The notes under the pieces are model-generated. The model worked only from the letters and a program-made list of their open reading frames with translations, had not been told where the DNA came from and searched no databases. Positions 23,701 through 36,255 of a DNA stretch of 64,000 nucleotides are shown here, piece by piece; position 1 is the first letter of the stretch; each line of letters begins with the position of its first letter. A program made the position numbers and the translations under genes. The stretch covers positions 24,180,001 through 24,244,000 of the forward strand of contig NC_092674.1 of NCBI RefSeq assembly GCF_964355755.1, given 5' to 3'. This DNA comes from Antedon mediterranea. Lineage: Eukaryota; Animalia; Echinodermata.

Positions 23701-24743
23701 CGTTGTATTGGAATGTATTTATTTATATGAATTCTTATACGCGGACAATTATAAACATCGCGTATATCGTTCGATATAAATAAATTCATAAACACGATGA
23801 CGATGTGTTTACAAAATGGCGGTTTCGGTTAGTTTTCGATGGAACAAATAGTGGTACCTTTAGTTTGAATAGTCGGAGCTGCATCCCAACCACCGAATTT
23901 TGTATCTTAATATCGTATTCTGTAGATTATTAATTTTTCTAACAGGGATTTTAAATTCAGGACTGTTCAATTTTTCTAAATATTTTATTTTAATGATTTT
24001 CTAGGGTACAATTTCGAAAAAAAGACATTGGTTGATTTTGCCGTTAAATTACAGATTATCGTTTTGTTCAAATACATTTAATTTTACATGACAATATATT
24101 AAAACCATTTATGAATTTATTTCACTAACAATATTTTTCCGATAATCAGCTAAATTTACAAATATTATGTTTTTCCAACACCCTAAAATTTAGCAATTTT
24201 GAACTAAATTAGAAAAGTAGGGCGCCCTCTCCGAGTCGAAATTTGACACGATTTGTCGACTGGCTGTCCCACTGTAAATTGAGCGCTCAGAAAAATACAC
24301 AGACCATCAGAAGGCGTGCTATTTAATATTTTGGCTCACATTGAAGATACAGATAACCCGAGATTTGAATAAGTTTTGCAACGTCACAAGTATAGCGATT
24401 TTATGAAATACTGTATCTATTAATAAATACATTCATGACAAATACAGTATTACTTACACATACTTCGAACCAAAAGTCCTACTATATTTGGCAAATGTAT
24501 TGCAAACAAAAGGCCTATACTGTACTATATTTGGCAAATGTATTGCAAACAAAAGGCCTATACTATATTTGGCAAATGTATTGCAAACAAAAGGCCTATA
24601 CTATTATTTGGCAAATGTATTGCAAACATTTTTCCAAGTAACTGGGCCTATATGTGATTGTACATACTTACTTTTCCACCAGCGTCACTTAATGAAATCA
24701 GGCAGCAAATAAGGATGACCGTACTGAAGAAAGTCATGTTCAT
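17704..24743 (-). CDS. Secreted spongin/short-chain collagen C4-like domain protein, paralogue 1 (exons 24743-24672, 19061-18980, 18628-18506, 18176-17704; 249 aa)
   Basis: Signal peptide MNMTFFSTVILICCLISLSDA; motifs VYTRWGRNDCP, YGAEYE, CAVC, MIPA..CP..W.KEY.G.LM, ELSCVVC. GT-AG introns in phases 0,1,1 give an open frame. Confidence 0.85.
19129..19466. mobile_element. Harbinger-like MITE with a second Harbinger-like MITE nested at 19162-19357
   Basis: Outer TAA-AGGCCAATTTACAC...GTGTAAATTGGCCT-TAA. Inner TAA-AGCTTGGTTCCCACTAGCGACGCAACG...CGTTGCGTCGCTAGTGGGAACCACGCT-TAA. Confidence 0.8.
19563..21110. repeat. Interspersed non-coding repeat related to 43140-43500 and 38100-38750 (both inverted); boundaries approximate
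   Basis: ATACGAGCACGTCGAA (about 20402-20417) is the reverse complement of TTCGACGTGCTCGTAT (about 43177-43192). ATCGGATGTTGTGACGTCATCATATGGC (about 20938) matches about 38269-38295 in reverse complement. Confidence 0.5.
22143..24274. mobile_element. ~2.1 kb non-autonomous TIR element in intron 1 of paralogue 1; superfamily unresolved
   Basis: CAGTGGGAAAGCCA at the left versus TGGCTGTCCCACTG at the right. Subterminal AAATCGTGTAAAAT and ATTTGACACGATTT are also inverted. No transposase ORF. Confidence 0.55.
24480..24628. repeat. Tandem repeat, 4 units of ~38-43 bp
   Basis: TACTATATTTGGCAAATGTATTGCAAACAAAAGGCCTA repeated. This explains the repetitive ORFs at 24435 and 24488. Confidence 0.9.
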
Positions 24744-24799
24744 TGAAGTTGGTTTTACACATTCAAAGCAGTGTGAATGTAGTCTAGTATATTTTCTAG

Positions 24800-24827
24800 T
24801 TTATATACACTGTTTAGAAAACAGGTG
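24800..24827 (-). promoter_or_regulatory. Putative TATA box plus E-box of paralogue 1
   Basis: TATATAAA (minus strand, 24800-24807) and CAGGTG (24822-24827). The same arrangement occurs upstream of paralogue 2. Confidence 0.55.
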
Positions 24828-25199
24828 GTGATGTCTTATAATTAATGTTATTATTATTATTAATTATCATTATTGATTTTTCCAAAATAAACACAATCAA
24901 TGTTGTACTTTTGAAAAACAAATTAGCCAAAGTTAGTTTCTTTTATTGTTGAAAACAGGTGTACAGGCCATACTGTTTTGATAATTTATTATTTTCGCAC
25001 AATAAATAACTATAAATTGTTAATTAAATTGCAAAATCTGGTTTTGTATTTTGTTTATTCAAAAACTAACTTTATGTACTTTAACGCACACATATTGCTA
25101 TAAGTATCGATCAAAGACCAGTATTATTGTAACTTGTTCAATGTTTCCTACCATAGGGCCTACATTTATTTAGAATTTGGCCCATTAGCTCACTTCGGG

Positions 25200-25790
25200 T
25201 TACGTAAGGGACCAAAATAGGCTTACAATAAGATTTGCTGTTTAGTTTAAACCATGTTTAAGCATACACGATTCGATTATTTAAAAAAAGAGGCAATTTT
25301 ACCCTGAGGCTCTGACTTCAATCAAACTTGGGTCAATAGCTACATGCATTCATATAGTGTTGAACGGTTCGAATGTCACTCTGACTGGATTCATGTTATC
25401 TGAACATATTTTCTCTAGTTGTGTCTATTTTCGAAAAAAGTTATTTGTTTTGTTCTAAATACTTTGGTGTTGCCATACGAAGCCGAACCCGTATCGAAAT
25501 AAAGTTTTCTTTTACATGGGAAATCTTACTAGGTATTTCATAACTCTGTATGCCTCTATTAAACAGTAACTTTTAAACGGGAGCCGGCTCCATTGTTAGG
25601 TACCAATAGGCACCGTCATAGCATCAAACAAGTACATTTTTCAGATCTGGTGTGATATTGTACGTAGTATTTGCTTTCAATGAAACGGCTAACTTGCATA
25701 GACCTCTACAGGCTTTGTTTGGCAGTGTTCGTATTGCTGTTGACCAAATACCACGTGAGCTAATTGTAATGCCAGAACAGAACAACGTCA
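25200..25790 (-). pseudogene. Highly decayed LINE 3' remnant (RTE-X-like)
   Basis: Minus-strand fragments GITISSRGIWSTAIRTLPNKA, FDAM.VPI and FRYGFGFVWQHQ appear in the order expected for an RT thumb and C-terminus; many stops and frameshifts. Confidence 0.4.
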
Positions 25791-26592
25791 TCACCATTGC
25801 ATGACGTAGTTCGATAACTTTTTTAATCCCGCCCATTCTTAATACAACAGCTTTGGGTTTCCCATGTAAACATTCAGGTCCCACATATGTCACAATTATT
25901 TGTTTAAAGCATCAAATTAACAGTTTCTGTAACTCAGGTGATTCAATACAATATAATCCATCTAAATACCTGTCCATTGATATTCGCAAATAAATAAAAT
26001 CATATTTTTAATTATATTATTGAAAACACCCAGATGGTATTACATTTTATTTATACATTTTGTTTATTCATATTTGAATCACTGTCATTGTTAGTGTTGT
26101 TTTTATATTTGCATACTTTTTATTTCAAAATTACGCATCTTCTTTAACCACTAATATCAATTATTTGTTTATTAATTTGCCAAAGTAATTTATTAAAATA
26201 TAATGTACCAGTGCATTGTGTTTATTCTCTGGTGAAATACTTTAATTAAAACTACGTCACTGTTTACTCTTATAACATAGCATACGCATGCAGTTTCAAT
26301 TTATTTGTTTGTTATTAATTGTTTACGCCTCATGTTGTGATTGTGACGTGCCAAAATACAGTATTAAATAAATACCATCTGAAAATGTTAATAATACGAG
26401 GTATAATACAAAGAATTACTTACGAAATGATATATATATATATATATATATATATAATACAATTCCTTCACAAACAAATGACACTCAGCCGTTGCCAATC
26501 TCTGGAAATATAATTGTCTCAGATTTAATTAATGTCTGTTTCTTGTGAAGCCTTTCTAAATGTTGTGTATTCTGGGATTTCGCTACTCTTAA

Positions 26593-26875
26593 AGATGTAA
26601 TGTCCCCCAAAAACATGAAAAATGAAGATTAATAAAATCAGACTTTGAATATGTTATTTTGTAGTTTTAATAAAGTTAATCACTTCCATAGAAAAAAAAA
26701 AACGAAAACAAACAATGTTTTCACTTGTAAAATGACAAAATAAATGATTAAATTCAACCAAAAATCCATTGGCTGGCAGCCAATTTGACAATTTTTTTGC
26801 TTTAAACTACATTTTTTTTCAGGTAAATACATTTTTTTTCGACCATTAAAATGGAATATCTGTACAACAACATCT
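26593..26875. mobile_element. TTAA-targeting (Kolobok-type) MITE family member; other copies at about 33908-34120 and 61519-61773, partial copies at 31247-31328 and about 21970-22103
   Basis: Start TTAA-AGATGTAATGTCCCCCAAAAACATGAAAA recurs. The reciprocal end GGGGACAATACATCT occurs at about 61758-61773. Confidence 0.6.
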
Positions 26876-27559
26876 GTAAAGTATACCACAAAAGCGCTTA
26901 TTATAGGCTTGACCCACGTCTTGGTTATTGCCATTTTTTGTGAGGCAATTCCAGTCGGCGTTTGTGTACCAACATGTTTATCTTTACCAAATCAAATTGA
27001 ATGGCCGTAATGGCAGTACATATAGGCCTATGGTTCACAATTCCTTAATTCTAAAAGCAGATATCTTACTTTAAAAGATATCTTCGTTTTCAATAGAGAT
27101 ATCGTTTATTTTAGTACAGGTATCGATAAGGTAAAGGTATTTAATTTCTTCCCAGAGCTTAACTAACTGAAGAAACTCGGATTAGGCCCTCTATAGCATT
27201 GCAGCACCTACCCAGATCAGCACACCGGGGGCATAGGCATACGTTACCAACGGCTAGTAGTTTCAAAATAGAGATGTTTTAGTTCGACAAAATCCTCAAT
27301 ATTGTATTGAATAAAATAGAGATACTCGATTCTTTTTATAGAGGTCCTCTTGCTGTCGGTCTACTTCGGCTTTATGTAAACATTATCTTATCGTTTTTCC
27401 TAAAAATATCTTTTTTAATTGAAAATATTAATTTTAAATTGTGGAGATTCTTAACCCACATGGCTACATACAGGTTTGAAAATGAACCGTTGAGCCGACG
27501 TTTTTTGAGTTGAGCTGAATGTTTGGTCATGGTCATCATCGTTAATAAACAAATTATAA

Positions 27560-27687
27560 AGCCCTGTCTACACCATCAAACTGTATTTGACAACAAAAAA
27601 AGTGATTTGTCCATATGGACGAAATGACTTTATATCACTACCATGTTTGAGCATATCACTATCATGTTTGATAGTGTAGACAGAGCT
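27560..27687. mobile_element. Harbinger-like MITE; second degenerate copy at about 28763-28935
   Basis: TAA-AGCCCTGTCTACACCATCAAAC...GTTTGATAGTGTAGACAGAGCT. Confidence 0.7.
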
Positions 27688-28052
27688 GTATATACTAAAT
27701 ATTAAACCAACACAAAAATTATGATGCAATATAATTTAATTCAATCAAAAACAAGATTAAATGACATTTGATATTAATTACTTCTTCTAAATGATTTGTT
27801 GGTGTTCATCATTATGGTACGGTAATCGTTTCAGGATCATTGATTAAGAAAAGCAAAAACAAGAAAAATCAATTTTGTAAGATAAATATTCATGATTACA
27901 TGAAGGCCTATCTTCTCTCTCAATCAAATTGTATGTATTGCCCAAATTTCCGTATAAAACGGTGCATTGAAACTTGTTGTTAAAGTAAAATTAATTGTTT
28001 TGAATGCCTAATGCATATTCTACTAGGTTTAAAATATGTTGACCACTCGAAT

Positions 28053-30669
28053 TTATGCCGTACATACAACGCACGATAGCTCGTTGTTGGCGGTGTACGG
28101 TGCACACGGGAGTGAGCCGCAAGTTGAAACAACTGGATAGAGCAGGAGCCCATCTTTGTTTGCGGTGGAACCCGGTATCATTTCGGGATTCTCATCGACA
28201 CATAAGTAGTTTATTCCATAATGGCCACTATTACTACCCATCATTAAACCTTCATACTCTTTTGTCCAATCTTCAGGGCAATTTTGTTTAGCTGGGATGG
28301 TCAGAGTTGCTGATTTGCCTCGTGCACGACACACCGCACATACTGCATCTCCGTTGTTTCTTGTGGAAAACGCAGAGACATAACTGGCAGTTTCATATTC
28401 AGCACCGTATATATAACCCCGGGAACCCCCGGTTGATTGAAGTGCGGCATTGTATTCAGGTACCCTTGGCATGCATTGTGGATTTGTTCCAGCCCCTTTG
28501 TGGCTGTAGAGCCCTCCGCCGATATATCCTAATAATCAAATTGACGAGATAAACTATATTAAAATCATAAATGTATATATAAATGAACGGCATCTTCGTG
28601 AAAACGATAGTGAAGTGAATTATGTATCTAATGCTCGTGTGGTAATATGGACCTGAAGTTTAAAATATTATAATTTAGAAATGACATGATTAGTACAATT
28701 ATGACGAGTTATTCATCATGATGAATAATAAAAAAACAACAACATAACCAAGAACATCTAAAAGCTTGTATACAATGTCTAGACTATTAAACTAGTTTGA
28801 CAAATGTACCCAAATATGGTAGTGATATCTCCATATATGGTAGTGATATCTTCAAATATGGTAGTGATTATGATGTCATTGTGTCCATATATGGGAACAT
28901 CACCTTTTTTTGTCACATAAAGTATAGACAGAGCCCAACAGATTGAATTGGTGGATTGAAGGCCGAATGAATCAGTGAATGTAGACTGTTTTACAAGAAC
29001 AAATGTATAACCATCTTTAAATAAGAGTATCATTAATAATATTCAAGTGGTAAGAAAACTTGACTATAGGCCTAATAGATAAGTGTTCTAACCACTCGAA
29101 TACCGCTATTTATACAGACCCGGACATGAAGAATGAAGAACTCCCAGTCCACTGGATTTTATAGTGTTAAGATATATATTTCCGTTCATCCATTTTACAA
29201 AATAGAGTCCCGAAAGGAGGGATTGCACTGTATGTTATGAGAATATTGGTAAAGAAATTGAAAAGAAAATGAATAAATTCACACACCAGAATATACTAGG
29301 TCTGCAGACTCTGGACAGGTATTTCTACCCCACCGTGTATAAACAGTGCTGATATTGTTCATTAGCTTCAGAAACTCCTCTTTTAAACCTCTACATGGCC
29401 CATTTCCTGTGAAAAAAGCGACAGTTTAATTAATGGATCTGTAATGACGAATATAAGAAAAAACATATAATTTATAATATACCGTACACTAAGGCCCGTA
29501 TGCTTGGGAATGGGCGGTGGCAACCAAACTGGAAAAACTGAACACTTGCGGAAATGTGTTCCCCTTGTTCAAACCAGAACGCGCGTCTTAAAGGCCAGGT
29601 GCGGGCAAACAATTTCTATTGATCATACATTCCAATAAATATCGATCTATAGTTTGCACTTATATGTTTCAGAATTTTTGGGATTTTATTTGTGTTACAC
29701 GAACTTGTTGAAAATAAGCACTTTTTTATCAGTGGGGGATAGCTCAAATTACACAGTAAAATCTCTATTCTTTTGTACACAAATTTTGTAAATAGAGAGG
29801 CATTTTAAAAAGCTATGAAAAATAAACGGTGGGGTAAAAAATGTTATCAGAGCTGTCTGATTGGCCTTTAGCGGCAACATAACACCCCATCCAAAAGCAA
29901 AATGCATTTTGTTCAAAAATGAACAATGGACATTTCAAAGTGATTATCTTCCTATAATTATATTACTACTCTAAAGGCCAACTCAGACTGTGTCGTATGA
30001 AACATGTTTAATGTTTTGCCAAAAGCCAAAAGCAACGCCTGACGCTATCTCGAGACGATTCGTATCGTCGGGATCCAACTCGGACAGCACCGACGAGTCA
30101 AGACCCTTTGTCGGGCCTCGTCGTGCGACGCAGTCTGAGTTGGCGTTAATATCTAATAAATTATATACAAGGTTTAGTAATCTTACCCCTATAGCCGCCT
30201 GTAATGATGTTCCATATGTATTGCCCAACAGTGTCGATGTCCTTGCTCTTAATGGAATAGAAACATAACATAACGTTAACTTCATTGAACTAATACACTT
30301 ATTTTATGTTATTATAAGTATTATTTATCCGGAAAAGTAGTACAAACCGTACCCACTAGTGCCGGATTATCACTGCTGCTGACAGTTTTGTCCCTGCGTA
30401 CCAGATATATAATAATATAATTTTATATATATAAAAACATCAGGTAAAGAACATTAATTCTAAACCGCCCGGTGATGTACTGAAATTTAATTAATTTGAA
30501 AAAAAAAACTTTTGAAAAATAAATATATTTTTGAATAAATTGTCATTTGTTGATATTTGTAAGCAGAAATTATGTTACAGTATATACATACCTTTCTAAC
30601 ATCAGCTTCACTTAGGGCAATCATACAACAGACAAAAACCACTGCGCAACTGAATATCTTCATTGTCAT
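28053..30669 (-). CDS. Secreted spongin/short-chain collagen C4-like domain protein, paralogue 2 (exons 30669-30592, 30247-30187, 29406-29287, 28528-28053; 244 aa)
   Basis: Signal peptide MTMKIFSCAVVFVCCMIALSEA; motifs QYIWNII, VYTRWGRNTCP, YGAEYE, CAVC, CGSLPCAPY, ELSCVVC. Same intron phases as paralogue 1; the exon 2 acceptor (AAG) is less certain. Confidence 0.83.
29975..30146. mobile_element. Harbinger-like palindromic MITE
   Basis: TAA-AGGCCAACTCAGACTG...CAGTCTGAGTTGGCGT-TAA. Confidence 0.75.
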
Positions 30670-30726
30670 TCGAAGTTTGGTTTCGCACATTCAAAGTAAT
30701 GTGAATGTTATCTATTCATTTTCTAG

Positions 30727-30758
30727 TTTATATATACTAATTGATAAAAAAACAGGTG
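30727..30758 (-). promoter_or_regulatory. Putative TATA box plus E-box of paralogue 2
   Basis: TATATAAA (minus strand, 30727-30734) and CAGGTG (30753-30758), conserved with paralogue 1. Confidence 0.55.
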
Positions 30759-30769
30759 GTGTCTTTTAA

Positions 30770-31328
30770 TTATAAATGTTAATTGAATGTATACATATTA
30801 ATATCATTGTTGATCTTGTCAACATAAATTGTTTACGATTGTTTTGCCACGTGTATTTAAATATGATAACACGAACAAATAATAACAATAATTAATATCA
30901 CATAGTTACCTGTTGTTCATATTATATGTGAAATATAGTAATATTAAAGGTTAATATATAAAGTTTGAACACAGATGGTTATAGACAATGCAACTAAAGA
31001 ATTAATTATTACTTTATTTACAGTTGTTATTAACTAAGTATGTATTATTTTCCACCATAAAGTAAACACAGATAACACATTTAGATTGCTATCGTAGATA
31101 TGGATAAACATTCCCATAAAAAAACAAGGTTACATTATTTCTTGAAATGTATGTATGACGACGATGTAGATCGCCGCTGATGTATCGTATTTTTTTATTT
31201 ATAAAAGATGTATTTTCCCCCAAACCGTAAGGATAACTATACTTAAAGATACGTTGTCCCCATAAAAAAATATTTTGTTTAATGTTTTTTTAAGTATGCC
31301 ATCTTAGTTATTTACTTTGACAACAATT
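30770..31328 (+). repeat. Left copy of a 559 bp direct repeat flanking the L1/Tx1 insertion
   Basis: Matches 33431-33989 at a constant offset of 2661; about 3 substitutions seen. Confidence 0.95.
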
Positions 31329-33430
31329 ATGATGTAATAGAATATGCAGAAATGCACAACAAGCCAAACTTACTATTTTTTGTATATTTCGAAAAGGCTT
31401 TCGATAAGGTGAAATGGGACTTCCTTGATATGTGTCTTAAGAGATTTGGCTTTGGTAAAAATAGGATAAATTGGATAAAAATATTATATAAAGACATTGT
31501 TAGTTGCGTTATAAATAACGGGGTAACATCAAAATTCTTCAATTTAAAACGAGGCCTGCGTCAAGGATGTCCCTTATCCCCATATCTTTTTATAATTTGT
31601 GCAGAAACACTAGGTAACATGGTACGTCAATCAGACACATTTAAAGGTATAGAGTACAATAATGTAGACATAAGAATTAGCCAATTTGCAGATGACACTG
31701 TGTTTTTTCTCAAAGACCAAAACTCAATTAAACCGATTATAGATATACTGGATGAATTTTCTATATATTCTGGACTCAGAATTAATTATGAAAAAAGTAA
31801 CATTATGAGAATAGGATCGTTAAAACTGCGACTATAAAACGCCATCTGAGAAAAGTATTTCATGGACCAAAGGCCCAGTAAAATACTTGGGTGTTAATAT
31901 TTCTTGTAATTTTAATGATATTTTCAGACTCAATTTTCCAGATAAGGCTAAAAATGCTGAACAAGTATTAAATATGTGGAAACAACGCTCACTTACTTTG
32001 TTTGGAAAAGCAACTATTATTAAGTCACTGTTTCTCCCGATATTCACGTATGTTTTCTCAAATTTACCAGACCCACCCGATTGTTTCCTTCAAGATATTC
32101 AAAGTAAAATTTTTAAATTTATATGGAACGGAAAACCCGATAAAGTCAAAAGAAAAGTCATGCTTAACAATTTTGACGAAGGAGGGTTAAAAATTCCCCA
32201 TATTAAGAGTTACTGTACATCTCTCAAATCATGTTGGGTGAAAAGATATCTTGATGGAAATCAATCCAAGTGGAAAGTGTTTTTAAAAAGTAAGATTAAA
32301 GAGGTTGGAGGAAATATTGTTTTCGAAACCAACTTTTCTAAATCTTCAAAAATATTAAAACAATTTGAAAGGTTCCATAAAGATATACTCTCTGCGTGGA
32401 GTGAATACAATTTTGTAGAACCGTATACGATAGAGGACATCTTAAATCAATCTTTATGGAACAACTCATGTTTTGATAAAAGAGAATTTAAAGTTGAAAA
32501 AAATTGGTTGGTTAAAAATGTAAACTATGTAAAAGATATCGTGAACAAAGAAGGGAAAATATTAGAACTAGACGAATTTAACCAAAAATATAATTTTAAA
32601 CCAGACTTCTTATTATATCACCAGATTATAAATTCAATTCCAAAGCTCTGGAAACAGAAATTAATTGAACAAGGTATAAACACAACTAATGAAGTTGAAT
32701 CCAAATTACAGATATTCATTTCTGTGAAAACGAGAAATTGTCATTATATCTATAAACACATTATATTAAAAAATGTTGAAGAGCCAATTGGAATTGAATC
32801 CAAATGGGAAAAGGAGTTTGACAACAAACTTAATTGGAAAAACCTTTTCTCAAATTTACACGCCTGTACAAATGACACTAAGCTAAAAAATGTTCAATTT
32901 AAATTTATTCATCGTATAATTTATACAAATACAATGCTCTTTAAGATGTCAAAGGTCGATTTACCAATGTGTAGTTTTTGCAAGGAAAAGCAGGAAACAC
33001 TGCTACATATGTTCTTTGAATGTGATCTGGTAAAGAAAATTTGGGAAAATGTAAAACAATATATGTATCGAAATATCAACAATAACTTAATTATCACCAA
33101 AGAAAGTATATGTTTTGGTTTTGGAAAAACACACAGTGATGAAAACATTTTAATTTTAATTACAAAGTGGTACATATTTAGTTGCAAAATCAAAAAACAA
33201 TTACTTAATTATAATCATTTATTTCACATTTACCAAAAATACAAGGCAACCATATTATTAGCAAAATGATTATTATTAAGTGTATTTTTGCGATACATTA
33301 TTTTTTTTCTTTAATTTCATTACTCTCTTATTTTTGAGAGTATTATATCGTTTTAATAGTTACGTTGCCTTTATATATTAATTTTGTATTATGTATGTGA
33401 TGAAATGAAATAAAAAAAAAAAAAAAAAAA
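31329..33430 (+). mobile_element. 5'-truncated L1/Tx1-clade LINE (RT, C-terminal zinc finger, poly-A tail)
   Basis: FEKAFD, RGLRQGCPLSPYLF, QFADD; a one-base frameshift at about 31825; then KYLG, EGGL and CSFC...ETLLHMFFEC. A-tail at 33412-33430. Confidence 0.92.
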
Positions 33431-33989
33431 TTATAAATGTTAATTGAATGTATGCATATTAATATCATTGTTGATCTTGTCAACATAAATTGTTTACGAT
33501 TGTTTTGCCACGTGTATTTAAATATGATAACACGAACAAATAATAACAATAATTAATATCACATAGTTACCTGTTGTTCATATTATATGTGAAATATAGT
33601 AATATTAAAGGTTAATATATAAAGTTTGAACACAGATGGTTATAGACAATGCAACTAAAGAATTAATTATTACTTTATTTACAGTTGTTATTAACTAAGT
33701 ATGTATTATTTTCCACCATAAAGTAAACACAGATAACACATTTAGATTGCTATCGTAGATATGGATAAACATTTCCATAAAAAAACAAGGTTACATTATT
33801 TCTGGAAATGTATGTATGACGACGATGTAGATCGCCGCTGATGTATCGTATTTTTTTATTTATAAAAGATGTATTTTCCCCCAAACCGTAAGGATAACTA
33901 TACTTAAAGATACGTTGTCCCCATAAAAAAATATTTTGTTTAATGTTTTTTTAAGTATGCCATCTTAGTTATTTACTTTGACAACAATT
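33431..33989 (+). repeat. Right copy of the 559 bp direct repeat
   Basis: Begins immediately after the poly-A tail. Confidence 0.95.
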
Positions 33990-34982
33990 TTTATTTACTT
34001 GAAAAACTGTAGTTTAAAGCAAACAAATACTGTAGTAACAATGATTTAACCGTTTATTTGGTCTTTTCATACGGAAGTGAAACTAATCTTCATTTTCATG
34101 TTTTTTGGGGATAGTACATCTTTCCTCCGTGCTTAAACAAAGCCCTGCTAAACAATTTGCTTTTACATTTTTAACCTTGGTTTCCACTAGAGAGAGATGA
34201 AACGAAAAGGCGTAGACGAATTTAAAACGAATTTACCAATGACAAGCGACAGTTCAAATAATCCATCTTTTGTGATTAGTCAAATCACTTACGTCACGCT
34301 TACGTAAGCCTACGTCCCTGTGTTGCATCTCCAGTGGAAACCAATAATCAAAGCTTGGGCACAGGCATGAATTTTAAATATAATATGTATTACAGACATC
34401 ACAACGAAAAAACATGAATTGTAATTAAAATGGCCAAATACACAATTTGGCAAAAGTCTGCTATGAAAGCCAGACTTTCTTTTTTCAGTAGTTGGGTAGT
34501 TTAACCAATGTATACCATATTTGGTGACTCCCTAGAAAGTAAAATCAAATTTGAAAAAAGGTGGTGGGTATTAGTGGATACCGTTTATTTTTCCTAATTG
34601 TTTCAAAATGCCTCTCTATTTACAACGTTTATGTACAAAAGAATATGGATTTTACTGTGTAATTTGAACTATCCTCAACTGATAAGAAAATGCTTATTTT
34701 CATCAAATTCATGTAGAATAATAAAAATGCTCAAAACAATAGATCGATAATTATTAGAATGTATGATCAAATGTTTTTCCCTCACATTGCATTTTTAAAA
34801 GAGGTGTCGATGGAACAAACATACACAAAATCTCACATAATAATGACTTGGATACCTGGTATTATTGCTTTTTCAATATTTAACATCTGGAGCACTAATT
34901 GCTCCAGGAAAACTTTCCTGATAATCTGTTCATTTTTGTTTGGAAAACAGATGAATTCTTATAATTCGAAGGTATGTTAATG

Positions 34983-35180
34983 GGGTGAGGATTTAGATCG
35001 TTTTGCAGTCTAGTGTTATATATATGAATATGTTGAATCTTTAGGTGTTTTGGGAGACTATTCCATGTTGTTAGTCCTCTGTAAGTGATCGATTGCTGTG
35101 GTGTTGTGCTTTCTTTCTTGGAAGATTGGAAGTCAGATTTTAAATCTAGTATCATAATGATGAATAGAACTATTTCGATA
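34983..35180 (-). pseudogene. L2/Crack-like LINE 3' remnant, similar to part of 36256-36800
   Basis: Minus-strand QQSITYRGLTTWNSLPKHLK is a typical RT C-terminal motif; near-collinear with 36256-36483. Confidence 0.55.
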
Positions 35181-36255
35181 AAAAAATAACAGATGTGTCG
35201 TTCTTATATTGTTTTCGCATTGTTATTAATAATCTGATTTTACATTACTGGTGATCTTGATAAAATAAATAAAATCAATCAATTAATTATATAGAAACTA
35301 TACCATTTCAAATATAAGATCTCTTTACAATTGTGTATAATTAAATAATAACAAATGAACAAATAATAATGGTAATTAATATCACATGGTTACCTATGTT
35401 CATATTATATTTAAAGTAAACTAATATTAAAGTTAATATACAAAGTTTCAACACAGATGGTTCTAGACAATACTAAACTAACTAACTAAAGAATTAATCG
35501 AAGTATATTGATCAAAACGTCCAACTAAATATACATTGTGTACCGCAAACATTATATTAACATACCTAACGATTGTTTATTAAATATTTATCAATTTCTG
35601 TTTGCTGTTGTTTTGTTTATTATTTAAATTATTTTGCATTTGCAATTATATTAACGTAAACATGGACAAGTCTGCATAACTTTTATAATTATGTAGAACA
35701 ATGCTTCGTGTCGCTCTTTCGTTAACAACATTTTTTACAATTTTTAGATTTTTTGGACGAAAGAAGCTTTTGGCCTCTTTTGGCATTTCTTGGCGCAATC
35801 AAGCCATTTGATGTTGTCCGTGTTTGTAATTGTAATTGCCAAAATTAATAAAATATAAAGAAATAAAATCAACTATAGATATCTATTATCTATGTATTAC
35901 AATATGTACCGTACGTTATGTTGCATATACCGATATAAATTCAGCTCATTTATTCAAATATCGAGAAATAATAGTATATAAGATGAATAAATGTTAAAGA
36001 GGACCAATAATGCATTAAATATATACAGTCAGTCGGTAACATGATATTAACAATAAGATATTTGAAGAAGACAAAAAGGCAGCCAAAATATAAATTAAAT
36101 GCCTTCAGGAATTCAGCCCTTTAACTTAAGCTACAATGAAGCAGGATTGGAGTAGTAATGATAATGTAATAAAAAACAATAAATAAATAGTAGTTTTTTT
36201 TTACTATGGGAATGTATTATATTGTGAATTCTTATTATTTGAAGATATGTTAGTA

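Noticed and set aside
30353-30393. Extra mini-exon in paralogue 2
   Set aside because: It has AG/GT borders, but joining it to exon 1 in phase 0 gives a stop (GQNCQQQ*), and no other paralogue has an equivalent.
33431-33989. 3' transduction by the L1/Tx1 element
   Set aside because: There is no second poly-A tail, and the segment matches the DNA directly 5' of the same insertion, which fits a target duplication.
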